45,694 nt of DNA from Myxococcota bacterium (GTDB lineage Bacteria > Myxococcota_A > UBA796 > CAJQPC01). This document shows positions 1 through 13,254 of the stretch, piece after piece. Within the stretch, counting starts at the first letter, position 1, and each line of letters opens with the position of its first letter. The translations under genes were made by a program, and so were the position numbers. The notes under the pieces were generated by a model. It was not told the DNA's origin, did no database searches, and was given only the letters and a program-made list of their open reading frames with translations. Location of the stretch: positions 1-45,694 of the forward strand of contig JAZAMN010000005.1 in NCBI GenBank assembly GCA_036229005.1, given 5' to 3'.

Positions 1-174
<174 letters not shown>

Positions 175-180
175 GGTACA

Positions 181-212
181 AGCCTAAACCATGTAGTAAG
201 GTACAGGGTCAA
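181..212 (-). promoter_or_regulatory. MerR-type promoter/operator with long spacer
   Basis: Minus strand: TTGACC (212-207), 20-nt spacer, TAGGCT (186-181). A dyad ACCcTGTA-N6-TACAtGGT lies across the -35 and spacer, as in CadR/PbrR/ZntR-type operators. Confidence 0.8.
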
Positions 213-225
213 GAGCGTTCACCCA

Positions 226-408
<183 letters not shown>

Positions 409-412
409 CCCG

Positions 413-1897
413 TCATTCGCCGACCCGCACCTCTGTCATCATCCCCGACTCGGCGTGTTCGAGGATGTGGCAGTGCATCATCCACCGGCCCCAGTCGATC
501 GGCACCATGCCCACGTCGATGGTCTCGCGCCCACGGAGCAACACGGTGTCGCGGAAGTAGGGTGCGTCCACGGGCTGCCCGTTGCGCGCAATGACCTTGA
601 AGAACTGCCCGTGGATGTGCATCGGGTGGAGCCTCGCCGAGTCGTTCTGGAAGCGGACGCGGACCCAGCGTCCGCCTTCGAGCTCGGTCACCTCGTGTTC
701 GCCCCAGGGGCGCCCATTGATCGTCCACTGGATCCCGTGCTCGCCCCCACGCTGCGCGTTCAACACGTAGGTCACGTCCACTGGGCGCTCGATGGCGCCG
801 TCCCATCCCGGGACGTTCGGGTTCGATGGTGCCTCGAACGTGGGCGTGGACACGGGCTCACCGTCGACTCGGATGGTCGCCAGCGTGAACGGTCGTCGGG
901 TGAAGCGGTCGGTGATCGCGTAGCTCCGGCCGGATCCATCGGCGGGGATGGCGATGTCGAGGTCAAGTCGGTTGCCCGGCGCGAGCTCGAAGCCGTCAAG
1001 CGGGAGAGGACGGGCTGTGTACATGCCGTCCACGGCGATGACACGGGGCTCGAGGCTGCCGAAGTCCGGGCGATAGACGCGGCCGTTCGAGGTGTTCACC
1101 AGACGCAGCCGGATTCGCTCCCCGGGCCGAACGGTGAGCTGCTGCGCAGCGTCACCGTTCACCGTGACCCTCTGCCCCCAGCGACCATCGTGCGCGAGGT
1201 CGTGCCGGGTCACGAAACGGGGATCGACCTGCCCATCCGAGCCCAACCGCCAGTCGTCGAGCACCCAGACCTCGTCGCGGCTGTAGGGCAGCGTCTCGGC
1301 GTCATCGACGATCAGGACGCCATAGAGCCCCCGCTCGACCTGCTCGGCGCCGCGGACATGCGGATGGAACCAGAACGTCCCCGCGTCCTTGGGGACGAAG
1401 CGGTAGGTGAAGGAACCGCCCGGCGGGATCGGGTCCTGGGTCACGCCGGGGACGCCGTCCATCGCGTTGGGGACGCGCACACCGTGCCAGTGGATCGTCG
1501 TGGGCTGTGGGAGGTCGTTCTGAAGGCGCACAACGACCTCTTCGCCGAGGCGAACGCGCAGGACGGGCCCTGGCACCTGGCCGTTGTAGGCCCAGACATC
1601 GAGCAGCCGCCCGTCGAACTGCTGGGTCGTCCCGGGCGCAGCGCGCAGCTCGAACTCGCGCGTCGAGGTCGGCTCGGGCGCGTCGACCGGGTATGCCGCC
1701 GACAGTTCTCGCTCCAACCTCTGTAGAACCGAGTCGGACGGCTCTTCCGGAGGGACCTCTTGTTGAGTTGCCGACGCCGTGGCTGGGGAGGACTGAACGG
1801 ATGAGCTGCTCTCCCCCTGGTCTGAGCGACAGCCGCCAGCAAGCAGCACGACCAGCAAGACGGAGAAAAGGGTCGCGCGAAAGGAAGTTGGAGACAT
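413..1897 (-). CDS. multicopper oxidase, lipoprotein
   Basis: Cu motifs [29 protein letters not shown]. Lipobox LAGGC. Start re-called to ATG 1897 (GAGG upstream, just after the APC permease stop). Confidence 0.92.
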   Translation of the reverse strand: MSPTSFRATLFSVLLVVLLAGGCRSDQGESSSSVQSSPATASATQQEVPPEEPSDSVLQRLERELSAAYPVDAPEPTSTREFELRAAPGTTQQFDGRLLDVWAYNGQVPGPVLRVRLGEEVVVRLQNDLPQPTTIHWHGVRVPNAMDGVPGVTQDPIPPGGSFTYRFVPKDAGTFWFHPHVRGAEQVERGLYGVLIVDDAETLPYSRDEVWVLDDWRLGSDGQVDPRFVTRHDLAHDGRWGQRVTVNGDAAQQLTVRPGERIRLRLVNTSNGRVYRPDFGSLEPRVIAVDGMYTARPLPLDGFELAPGNRLDLDIAIPADGSGRSYAITDRFTRRPFTLATIRVDGEPVSTPTFEAPSNPNVPGWDGAIERPVDVTYVLNAQRGGEHGIQWTINGRPWGEHEVTELEGGRWVRVRFQNDSARLHPMHIHGQFFKVIARNGQPVDAPYFRDTVLLRGRETIDVGMVPIDWGRWMMHCHILEHAESGMMTEVRVGE

Positions 1898-1901
1898 CGC
1901 C

Positions 1902-3257
1902 TCAAGAGTCATGGTTTTCACCGTGGTGGTGGGCGTGGCCGTCCTCGGATCCCTGGCCTCGAACGCGCCGCAAGAAGAACCGTTCGAACGCGAACACGAC
2001 AGCGATGCCACCGAGGCTCACGCCCACGATCAATGGATCGGATGAACCTTTGACGATGAGGAACGCGGCGAGGGCGAGGGCGTCGAGCACGATTGCAGTG
2101 ACCAGCACGGGGGCACTCGCCTCGACCTCGGCGCGGAGATGACGCAGCACGCCCCAGTGAATCGCCATGTCCATCACGAGGTAGAAGATCGCCCCCATCG
2201 ACGCGATCCTGGACAGGTCGAAGAGCGCGGCCAGCGCGGCGGCGATGACCACGGTGTACACCAGTGTGTGTTTCTGAATGTCACCAGGCATCCCGAAGTG
2301 GCTGTGCGGGATGAGATTCATGTCAGTCAACATCGCGAGCATCCGGGAGACTGCGAAGACGCTGGCCAGAAGCCCCGACGCGGTCGCGATGATCGCGATG
2401 ATGACGGTGAAGGTGGTCCCGTACCCGCCGATGGCGGGACGCGCAGCCTCAGCGAGGGCGTAGTCCTTCGCCCGGATCAACTCCTCAAGGGACAGGCTGG
2501 AGGCGACGGCGAAACAGACCGCCAGATACACGACCAGGCAGATCGCGAGCGAGATGACGATGGCTCGACCGATGTTCTTCTCGGGCTCGACGATCTCGTC
2601 TCCGCTGTTGGTAATGGTCGTGAAGCCTTTGAACGCCAGGATGGCGAGTGCGATCGCGCCGATGAAGTCGGGCGCCGCCGGATCGCCGGATGGTGGCCAT
2701 GGCTGGATCTGAAGATCGACGCCGGAGGCTGCGACCGCGATTGCGGCGAACATGAGCAACCCACCGATCTTCAAGACCGCGCTCACGTTGGAGACGGTCC
2801 CGATGACCTTGTTCCCCGCGACGTTCACGGCGAACGCGACAGCGATGAGGCCCACCGCGAGCACGGGCACCCAGAAGTCCGGAGCTTCGCCTGGGAAGAG
2901 CCGAAGCGTGTAGGCGCCGAAGGTCCGGGCGACGAGACTCTCGTTGATGACCATGGACAGGGCCATCAGCAACGAGGCCGCCCCTGTCACCGTCGAGGGC
3001 CCGTAGGCCTTCTTCAGGATCATGGCGATGCCGCCGGCCGACGGATAGGCGCCCGCCACCTTGATGTAGCTGTAGGCACTGAAGCCGCTAATGATCGCGG
3101 CGATGATGAACGCTGCGGGGAAGAGCCCGCCGGCGAGCTCGGCCACTTGCCCGGTCAGCGCAAAGATCCCCGCGCCGATCATCACGCCGGTGCCCATAGC
3201 GACCGTTGCGATGAGGCTAAGGCTCCCCTTGTCGTACTTGGCGGATCGGTCGGTCAT
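1902..3257 (-). CDS. APC-family permease with His-rich C-terminus
   Basis: GVMIGAGIF, YPSAGG and AFKGF motifs, about 12 hydrophobic segments, C-terminal HAHHHGENH. Confidence 0.9.
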   Translation of the reverse strand: MTDRSAKYDKGSLSLIATVAMGTGVMIGAGIFALTGQVAELAGGLFPAAFIIAAIISGFSAYSYIKVAGAYPSAGGIAMILKKAYGPSTVTGAASLLMALSMVINESLVARTFGAYTLRLFPGEAPDFWVPVLAVGLIAVAFAVNVAGNKVIGTVSNVSAVLKIGGLLMFAAIAVAASGVDLQIQPWPPSGDPAAPDFIGAIALAILAFKGFTTITNSGDEIVEPEKNIGRAIVISLAICLVVYLAVCFAVASSLSLEELIRAKDYALAEAARPAIGGYGTTFTVIIAIIATASGLLASVFAVSRMLAMLTDMNLIPHSHFGMPGDIQKHTLVYTVVIAAALAALFDLSRIASMGAIFYLVMDMAIHWGVLRHLRAEVEASAPVLVTAIVLDALALAAFLIVKGSSDPLIVGVSLGGIAVVFAFERFFLRRVRGQGSEDGHAHHHGENHDS

Positions 3258-3269
3258 ACCCGGCCTTCC

Positions 3270-4001
3270 CTAGTGTTCATGGTCCCCGTGGTCGTGATGG
3301 TGGTCGGTCTGGGTAGGCGCAGCCGGGGGAGGCACGTCGCGTGGCTGTGGCGCGTCCTGTTCTGAGCTGCCCTCGGCTGCCGCGCCCGAGACCGAAGGTG
3401 CTGGCGCGGCCTCATGAGCGACGTCTTCGGAGCCAGGCGCGTCTCCTCGCTCGGTCGGATGAGGGTGGTCCGCCGGCTGCGCGTCGTGACCGTGGGGCTC
3501 AGCCTCGTGGTCGCCGTGTGAGTGGTCGTGACCGTCGGAGTGGGGAGGGGCCTCGCCGGCCACTCCGATCCCGTAGCGGAACACGAGCTCCGCGCCGCGA
3601 TCGGCGCCAATCGTCATCAGGCCGAGAAGAACCAGGGAACCGAGCGTCAACCCGACCCTCCATGGTCGAGTGGCATCTCGGCGCCACCACGCCAGGGCCG
3701 TAATCACGAGGGCGATGCCGCTGACCACGAGCATCAGGTCCCGATGAACGTGTACGAGGTCGTGCCCCGGTGTGTCGTGGCCCATCTTCTCGGTCGCCCA
3801 GAATCCGAACCCGACGGCAACCACGGCACCGAGCATCCCGAGGAGGTGAAGCCATCGACCGACGCGCCACGCGTCGTCGTGCTTGCGCACCACGGCCCAC
3901 GACCAGGCCCCAGTGGCCGCGACCCAGAAGGCGATGGGGAAATGCACCACCATTGGGTGCAGGTTGGGAGCTGAGGTCAGCCCGGGAAGAAGCTGTTCCA
4001 T
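3270..4001 (-). CDS. DUF2231-like membrane protein with His-rich tail
   Basis: N-terminal LHPMVVHFPIA, four TM segments, GAELVFRYGIGV, His-rich C-terminus. Confidence 0.8.
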   Translation of the reverse strand: MEQLLPGLTSAPNLHPMVVHFPIAFWVAATGAWSWAVVRKHDDAWRVGRWLHLLGMLGAVVAVGFGFWATEKMGHDTPGHDLVHVHRDLMLVVSGIALVITALAWWRRDATRPWRVGLTLGSLVLLGLMTIGADRGAELVFRYGIGVAGEAPPHSDGHDHSHGDHEAEPHGHDAQPADHPHPTERGDAPGSEDVAHEAAPAPSVSGAAAEGSSEQDAPQPRDVPPPAAPTQTDHHHDHGDHEH

Positions 4002-4020
4002 GTCGTCGTCCGATTCCAGG

Positions 4021-4773
4021 TCAAAACCAAAACCTCACGCCTGCCACGCCTTGAACGTCGCTCGCTGAGCCGCCCGCATCTCGCCTGAGATCAGCGGTCT
4101 CCGCGAAGGCCTGCTTCCACGAAACGCCGATGTAGGGCGCGAACTCACGGGCGAACTGGTAGCCGAGGCGGAGGCCGAGTTCGATGTCGTTGAAGCCAGC
4201 TCCCACGCCGAACTCAGGGACCGCCTGAACGGCGATGTTCGTCTCGAAGCTCGGATGCGCGACGAGGCGCTGCGTGATGTACAAGTCGTAGGTGGCGCGT
4301 AGCCGAAATGAGACGTCACCGCGGTGACTGATGAACACCGCTGGCTCGATCTCGAACCAGTACGGCGCCATCCCCTCGAGCCCGAGAACCAGGTGCCCCC
4401 TTGCGTCCGCGGGCTGCCCCTCCGCAGCGACCAGATCGCCTCGGACGCCAACCTGGAACTCCCAGAAGGGCGCGATCAGGCGGCTGTACAGCAACTGCGC
4501 TTCACCCTCGACCTCGGGGTCGACCGTCGCCGTTTCGCCCTCGACCTTCAACCAGACCCGGTTCCAGTCCCCGCCGAACCACGAGGTCGAATCCCAGCTC
4601 ACCGGATTGTCGCGGTCGTTGAACCCGTACTCCAGCTCCTCGAACTGTATGAAGTGGTTGAACGGCTCCTCGCCCATCTGCGCGTGTGCGGGAGCACTCC
4701 ACAGGATGCACACCAACGCGAGGAGCCAAGCTCCTGCAGCGGATCTCACGAAGTCGCTTGGTGGAAGCCTCAT
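4021..4773 (-). CDS. copB: copper resistance protein B (CopB/PcoB-like outer-membrane protein)
   Basis: WFGGDWNRVWLK, GLEGMAPYWFE, REFAPYIGV and C-terminal GVRFWF. ATG 4773 overlaps the copA stop (ATGA). Confidence 0.92.
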   Translation of the reverse strand: MRLPPSDFVRSAAGAWLLALVCILWSAPAHAQMGEEPFNHFIQFEELEYGFNDRDNPVSWDSTSWFGGDWNRVWLKVEGETATVDPEVEGEAQLLYSRLIAPFWEFQVGVRGDLVAAEGQPADARGHLVLGLEGMAPYWFEIEPAVFISHRGDVSFRLRATYDLYITQRLVAHPSFETNIAVQAVPEFGVGAGFNDIELGLRLGYQFAREFAPYIGVSWKQAFAETADLRRDAGGSASDVQGVAGVRFWF

Positions 4774-6616
4774 GCCCTCACCTCCACCACGCGGAACATG
4801 CCCGACTCCATGTGATAGAGGATGTGGCAGTGAAAGGCCCACCGGCCGACCTCCTGCGCGGTCACCACAAAGGACGTGCGCTCAGCAGGCTGGACGTTGA
4901 CCGTATGCTTCAGCGGGTTGTGCTCGCACGCGCCCACATCGAGTTCGAAGAACATGCCGTGCAGGTGAATCGGGTGGGCCATCATCGTGTCGTTGATGAG
5001 CACGAACCGCACGCGCTCTCCGTGGTGGAGTACGATGTCTGGCATGTCGTGGCGGTACTGCTCTCCGTCGAACGACCACATGTAGCGCTCCATGTTGCCG
5101 GTCAGGTGGAGCTCGATCGTTCTGGTCACTGGCGCGCCGCCCTCACCGGGCGTGGCGCGCCGCAACTGCGAGTAGGTGAGGACACGCCACCCATCCTGGC
5201 CGAGGCCAACCCCGGGTTCGCTGACTCGAGATCGCGCTGTCTCGGCGACCATCGCGTTTCCAGCCCCATGACGATCATCGTCGTGGCGCGCGACCACGTC
5301 GAGATTCTCGCGGCACGCTGGGTCGAGCTCACCCGAGGCCTGGCCGTGCTGGGTGCTGTGCATGCCGCCGTGATCCATGCCCGGCATGCCGCCGTGATCC
5401 ATGCCCGGCACTGCGCCCTGGTCAGAGCCGCCGTGGTCCGAGCCCGACGGGTCCCCGTGGTCCATGCCCGACATGTCGCCGTGGTCCATGCCCATGTCTG
5501 CCATCGTGAGGAGTGGCCGCGGCCGCCGACTGGGCACCGGCGCCGTCGCCTCTGGCCCTGTCGCGAGCGTCCCTCGAGCGTGGCCGCTGCGATCCATCGC
5601 CTCGGCGAAGATGGTGTGCGCAGCCCCGGTGGGCTCGACGATGACATCCAGCGTCTCTGCGATGGCCAGCCGAAACTCATCGGTCTCGACCGGAACCACA
5701 GGCATCCCGTCTGCCTGGATGACCTGCATCGGTAGGCCAGGGATTCTGACGTCGAAGTACGTCGCGGCTGATGCGTTGATGAAACGCAGCCGAAGGCGCT
5801 CGCCAGGCTCGAACAAGCCGCGCCAGTTCTCGTCTGGCGAAAGACCGTTCATCAGGAAGGTGTAGGTGGCGCCCGTGACATCCGAGATGTCGGACGCGTC
5901 CATGCGCATTCGCGCCCAGCTCAACCGATCGGCCAGCGCTCCAGGTCCCTCGTCGCCGAGATTCGCCAGGGTCCTCCGCTGAAAGTTGTAGTAGCCGCCG
6001 TACCGCTTCAGGTTCGCAAGCACGCGATGTGGGTTTTCGAACGTCCAGTCCGAGAGCACGATGGTGAACTCCCGCTGGTAGTCGTAGGGCTCGGGCTCTC
6101 GCGGCTCGATGATGAGCGGCCCATAGATGCCCGTCTGCTCCTGAAACCCGCTGTGACTGTGGTACCAGTAGGTCCCGCTCTGGCGCACAGGGAAGCGATA
6201 CTCGAAGGTCGTTGCCGGCGGGATGCCTGGGAAGCTCACTCCGGGCACGCCGTCCATCTCCGGCGGCACGAGGAGGCCGTGCCAGTGGATGGAGGTGTCC
6301 TCTTCGAGCGCGTTCGAGACTCGAAGCGTGATGTCCTGTCCTTCGCCGAGGCGGATCTCGGGCCCCGGAATTCCGCCGTTGACTGTCGTGGCGATCGCAG
6401 ATTGGCCGGCGACAGCCAGCCGTGTCTCCGCGATCTGCAGATCGATGGTTCGGCCATCGACGACGCTGAGCGTCCGACGCGGTGGTGCCAGCACACCCGT
6501 CGTGGCGCACCCCGTCACAAAGCGGCCAAGCAGGACGGCCCCAGCGGCCTTGCCCGTGTTGGCCAGGAAGGTCCGCCGGGTGAGGCCTCGTGGGTCGTGG
6601 TCGTAGCGGCTTCTGC

Positions 6617-6620
<4 letters not shown>
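4770..6620 (-). CDS. copA: CopA/PcoA-family copper-resistance multicopper oxidase
   Basis: Tat motif [46 protein letters not shown], Met/His-rich MDHG insert. Confidence 0.95.
5360..5410. repeat. 24-bp tandem repeat (x2) encoding PGMDHGGM in CopA
   Basis: gcatgccgccgtgatccatgcccg is repeated directly. Confidence 0.85.
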
Positions 6621-9097
<2,477 letters not shown>

Positions 9098-9107
9098 GGT
9101 GTCCTCG

Positions 9108-9389
9108 TCAGCAGCTGCAGTTCTTCTCGAACACCCGAACGAGCTCCGCGATCTTCGCTGCCCGGTCGTCCTCGTCGTCGCTCTCGAACGCGCCGGTGAC
9201 GCAGGTCTGAATGTGGGACTCGAGCAGCATCTTGCTGACCTTCGCCAGGGCGGCGCGGGCCGCAGAGATCTGCATCAGCACGTCGACGCAGTAGCGGTCG
9301 TCCTCGACCATCTTCTGGATGCCGGACATCTGCCCGGCGACCCGCTTGAGGCGGGCTTCGACCTTCTCTTTCGTGTCAGGGCTCATCAT
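9108..9389 (-). CDS. csoR: CsoR/RcnR-family metal-sensing repressor
   Basis: [20 protein letters not shown] and H-x3-C (HIQTC) give the C-H-C Cu(I) fingerprint. Start re-called to ATG 9389 after GAGG. Confidence 0.92.
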   Translation of the reverse strand: MMSPDTKEKVEARLKRVAGQMSGIQKMVEDDRYCVDVLMQISAARAALAKVSKMLLESHIQTCVTGAFESDDEDDRAAKIAELVRVFEKNCSC

Positions 9390-9419
9390 GGGGCGTTTCC
9401 TCGGCAGCGCATAGTACCC

Positions 9420-9437
9420 ATACCCGGGCAGGGGTAT
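9420..9437. promoter_or_regulatory. CsoR operator
   Basis: Palindrome ATACCC-N6-GGGTAT just upstream of csoR, matching the known TACC/G-tract CsoR boxes. TTGACG (9464-9459) and TACTAT (9416-9411) lie nearby on the minus strand. Confidence 0.8.
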
Positions 9438-9501
9438 ATTGGGCACAAAGGATGCCCGCGTCAAGGAGGCATTTTGTGGCCTCCGGCTGTCCCACTCTCA
9501 C

Positions 9502-9590
<89 letters not shown>

Positions 9591-9652
9591 TCGGACCGAC
9601 GACGAGCAGAGGTACTCTGGCGCCGTCCGACCAGAGAGCACCCGCGTCGACG

Positions 9653-9685
<33 letters not shown>

Positions 9686-9725
9686 GATACGACAAGACCC
9701 CCGCCGGCGACGCCGACGAGGGTCC

Positions 9726-9843
<118 letters not shown>

Positions 9844-9974
9844 ATGTCGTGCCTCTCTCAAGGCGCCCCGTAGGTAGCCCCCTGGCGCTTTGGCGTCAAG
9901 GGATGAATCGAGTGCGATCGCCCCCTCATGTGGGGCGGGCTCCGTTCCGCTTCCCGGGAGCGAAGGGAGATGCA

Positions 9975-10673
9975 GTGTTTCTCGCGCTCGCCATGGGGCT
10001 GACCAGCCCAGCAGATGCCTACGAGGTGATGACCAAGGAGTCCGGCGCCCTGATGCGCTGGCCTGCCTGGCCGCTGGAGTACGCGGTGGCGACAGACAAC
10101 CCGCTGGGGTTGGACGAGAACGGCACGGCGGTGGCGACGCAGCGCGCGGCGCAGGCCTGGGAAGGGATGGGCACGTCCGTGAAGACGAGCTTCGTGGGCA
10201 CGACCGACAACACGGTGACGGGCCACGACGGGCTGAACACGGTGTACCTGACCGAAGACTGGCCCTGGGAGCCGACGCTGCTGGCGATGACCTCATCGTT
10301 CTCCGACTCGGAGGGGAACTTCGTGGGCTTCGACATCGCAGTCAACGCGAAGGACCACGAGTGGTCCCTGGCCGGCGACTCGGATCGCATCGACCTGCAG
10401 AACACGCTGGCCCACGAGTGGGGACACGTGCTGGGCATGGGCCACTCGGACGCCGACGCCTGGGCGACGATGCACGCCTCCGCAGCCCCGGGCGAGACGC
10501 ACAAGCGCGACCTGTCGCAAGACGACGTGGACGGGCTCTACTTCCTCTACAACGAAGACGGCGAGGCCCCCCGAGTGGTGGGCTGCCAGAGCGCGCCAGG
10601 CGCTCAGAGCCTGGCCTGGCTGGGCGCGATCGCGACAGCCCTGACGCTGGGACTGCGCAGGAGACGGTCATGA
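9975..10673 (+). CDS. matrixin-family (M10-like) zinc metalloprotease with MYXO-CTERM-like anchor
   Basis: HEWGHVLGMGH, Met-turn ATM, LSQDDVDG. C-terminal GC + TM + RRRR. Start re-called to GTG 9975 after GGGAGA. Confidence 0.85.
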   Translation: MFLALAMGLTSPADAYEVMTKESGALMRWPAWPLEYAVATDNPLGLDENGTAVATQRAAQAWEGMGTSVKTSFVGTTDNTVTGHDGLNTVYLTEDWPWEPTLLAMTSSFSDSEGNFVGFDIAVNAKDHEWSLAGDSDRIDLQNTLAHEWGHVLGMGHSDADAWATMHASAAPGETHKRDLSQDDVDGLYFLYNEDGEAPRVVGCQSAPGAQSLAWLGAIATALTLGLRRRRS

Positions 10674-11128
10674 GCTGGTTGTGGGCATCCCTGGCGCTCG
10701 GCGCATCGTTCTCCACCGCCCTGGACCTGCCGGAGCTGGCCAACCGCGCTGAGCGGGTGTTCGCCGGCGAGGTCACCAGCATGCAGCAGGAGACCGGACC
10801 AGACGGCCTGCCCTGGACGGTCGCGACGGTCGAGGTGGAGAGCACGTTCAGAGGACCGGTGTCCTCGACGGTGGAGCTGAGCTGGCCAGGTGGGATGCTG
10901 GACGATGAGATCGAGATGAGGGTCAGCGGGACGCCGCGCGTGAGCGAGGGGGACCGCCTCCTCATCTTCGAGCGCGGTGGGCAACCGGTCGCCCTGAGCC
11001 AAGGAGTCCTCCACTTCCAGGACGACCAACACCTGTGGACCGCCACACACCTGGAGTTCGCCGACCACAGCGAACCGCCCGCGTTCTACGCGCTGGACGA
11101 GGTGCTGCAGGCGCTGGACCCAGACTGA
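10670..11128 (+). CDS. secreted hypothetical protein coupled to the matrixin
   Basis: ATGA overlap with the protease stop, signal peptide, pattern LPELANRAERVFAGEV...PGG...VSGTPRVSEGDRLLIF. Confidence 0.75.
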   Translation: MSWLWASLALGASFSTALDLPELANRAERVFAGEVTSMQQETGPDGLPWTVATVEVESTFRGPVSSTVELSWPGGMLDDEIEMRVSGTPRVSEGDRLLIFERGGQPVALSQGVLHFQDDQHLWTATHLEFADHSEPPAFYALDEVLQALDPD

Positions 11129-11221
11129 TGCTTCCCAGGGGAGAGCGAGCGCGGATCACCCCTTCCGTCAACCGCCATTCAGACGCGATCGGCCTCGCTC
11201 TCCCCTCTCCGGAAGATCCCC

Positions 11222-12247
11222 TCAGCGGGCCAGGGTGTGCGCCCCACCCCACGGATCCTCGACGACAAAGCCGTCCCCTTCCGGGCGCAGGTAGAGGGGC
11301 CCGATGGGCACCTTGCCGTGGCCACCTGGGATGTCGAGGATGTAGGTTGGAAGCGCGATTCCACTGATCCGACCTCGCAGCTCGCGCAGGATCTGCTGGC
11401 CCCGCTCGATGGGCACGCGGAAGTGACCGGTGCCGGGCGCCAGATCGCCCTGGTGCAGGTAGTAGGGCTTGACGCGCAGGCGCAGCAGGCGCCGGAAGAG
11501 GGCCTCCAGGGTGTCCGCGCTGTCGTTGATGCCGGCGAGCAGGACGCTCTGGGAGAGCAAGGGGATGCCGGCGTCGACCAGGCGACCGATGGCCTCGCTG
11601 GCGGCGGGATCCAGCTCGTCGGGGTGGTTGACGTGGACGACGAGCCAGGGGGTGAGCCCAGGCTGTCCGCGCAGGATGGCAGCCAGCTCGCTCGTGACCC
11701 GCTCGGGCTGGACCACCGGGATGCGGGTGTGGACGCGCACAAGCTCCAGGTGCTCGATGCGGCCCAGGCGCGCCAGGATGGGGGCCAGGCGCCCGTCGCT
11801 GAGGACCAGGGGGTCGCCGCCAGACAGGATGACCTCGCGCAGGCCAGGCTGGCCCTCGATCCAGTCCAGGGCGGCCGCGAGCTGCTGTTGGTGCAGGACC
11901 TCGCCTTCAGGGCCCACCTGCTCCCTCCGGAAACAGAAGCGGCAGTAGACCGGGCAGACGTGCACGGGCTTGAGGAGCGCGCGGTCGGGGTAGCGCCGCA
12001 CGACGCCGGGCAGAGGGCTGTGGGGGCCGTCGCCGATGGGGTCGCTCAGCTCCTGGGGCTGGATCTGGAGCTCGGCGGCCTGGGGGAGGTACTGGCGGGC
12101 GATGCCCTGGCTGCCCTGGCGGATCTGCTCGACGACGGTGGGGGTGAGCCCGACGGCGAAGCGCTCCACGACCCCGAGCAGCTCGGGGACGCGCTCAGGT
12201 GGGACGAGGCCGGCGTCGACCAGGGCCTTGAGGCTGCGCAGGGACAT
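11222..12247 (-). CDS. KamA/EpmB-like lysine 2,3-aminomutase-family radical SAM protein
   Basis: RYPDRAL, CPVYCRFCFRR, LSGGDPL, QSVLLAGIND, PYYLHQ, DIPGGHGK. Confidence 0.93.
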   Translation of the reverse strand: MSLRSLKALVDAGLVPPERVPELLGVVERFAVGLTPTVVEQIRQGSQGIARQYLPQAAELQIQPQELSDPIGDGPHSPLPGVVRRYPDRALLKPVHVCPVYCRFCFRREQVGPEGEVLHQQQLAAALDWIEGQPGLREVILSGGDPLVLSDGRLAPILARLGRIEHLELVRVHTRIPVVQPERVTSELAAILRGQPGLTPWLVVHVNHPDELDPAASEAIGRLVDAGIPLLSQSVLLAGINDSADTLEALFRRLLRLRVKPYYLHQGDLAPGTGHFRVPIERGQQILRELRGRISGIALPTYILDIPGGHGKVPIGPLYLRPEGDGFVVEDPWGGAHTLAR

Positions 12248-12269
12248 GGGGGCCAGTTAGCACGCTGGC

Positions 12270-12956
12270 ATGGACATTCGCTGCATCACTGTCGGGGCCT
12301 TTCAGGTCAACACCTACCTGCTGACGGACCCGGCGACGGGCCAGAGCGCCATCCTGGACACGGGCGAGAGCGACGAGCTGCCGCGGCGCCTGCAGGCCCT
12401 GGATCCGGCGCCCGACATCCAGATGATCCTGCTGACCCACGCGCACATCGACCACGCGGGGGCGCTCTCGCTGCTGCAGGAGATCTGGGACGTGCCCACC
12501 TACTGCCCGCGCATGGAGAAGCCGCTCTACGACACGCTCCCCATGCAGGGCACGATGTTCGGGATGCCGCACCTGGACCGCCCCAAGGGACGGGTGGATC
12601 ACTGGGTAGAGGACGGGGCTGTGGTGGCGCTCGGAGAGAGCAGGCTCACCTTCCTGAGCACCCCGGGGCACACACCGGGTCAGGGCTGCTGGTTCACCGA
12701 CGAGGACATCCTGGTCGGGGACACGCTGTTCGCCGGGAGCATCGGGCGCACGGACTTCCCCATGTCCAACCCCGCCACGGCGGTGGAGAGCCTGCGCAAG
12801 CTGATGGCGCTGCCAGGCCACCTGCGGGTGCACTCAGGTCACGGGCCGGTCACCACCCTGGACCGCGAGCTCAAGACGAACCCCTTTCTGGGCTACATCC
12901 GCCGGGAGCGCGGGCTGCCGGAGGGGCAGTCGCTGCGGTGGGCGCCGGGGACCTGA
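12270..12956 (+). CDS. MBL-fold metallo-hydrolase (glyoxalase II-like)
   Basis: THAHIDH, TPGHTPG, GDTLF, GRTD, GHG. Confidence 0.93.
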   Translation: MDIRCITVGAFQVNTYLLTDPATGQSAILDTGESDELPRRLQALDPAPDIQMILLTHAHIDHAGALSLLQEIWDVPTYCPRMEKPLYDTLPMQGTMFGMPHLDRPKGRVDHWVEDGAVVALGESRLTFLSTPGHTPGQGCWFTDEDILVGDTLFAGSIGRTDFPMSNPATAVESLRKLMALPGHLRVHSGHGPVTTLDRELKTNPFLGYIRRERGLPEGQSLRWAPGT

Positions 12957-12957
12957 T

Positions 12958-13034
12958 GGGGGGTGGACGCCCGCTGAGGTGGAGCATCGGGGGGTGAACG
13001 CCCGCTGAGGTGGAGCATCGGGGGGTGAACGCCC
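12958..13034 (+). repeat. 31-bp tandem repeat (~2.5 copies)
   Basis: Unit GGGGGGTGRACGCCCGCTGAGGTGGAGCATC at 12958, 12989 and partial at 13020. Confidence 0.9.
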
Positions 13035-13124
13035 GGACTACGCAAAGGCGCGTTCTCCAAGTGACTGAAATCTGGTTCGGGCGCTCGCGGGAAAGGGAGC
13101 AGAGCCGGTCAATGGCGCCGAAAT

Positions 13125-13242
13125 CGGGCGTTCAGACGTGGATGCCCCGACGCGCCGGGCGTTCAGACGTGGATGCCCCGACGCCGCGGGCGTTCAGACG
13201 TGGATGCCCCGACGCGGCGGGCGTTCAGACGTGGATGCCCCG
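13125..13242 (+). repeat. 31-bp tandem repeat (~3.8 copies), inverted relative to the 12958 array
   Basis: Unit CGGGCGTTCAGACGTGGATGCCCCGACGCSS at 13125, 13156, 13187 and partial at 13218. Confidence 0.93.
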
Positions 13243-13254
13243 GAGGGCGCCCCA

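Noticed and set aside
13125..13242. CRISPR array
   Set aside because: Units are contiguous with only ~2 variable bases, no unique spacers and no cas genes.
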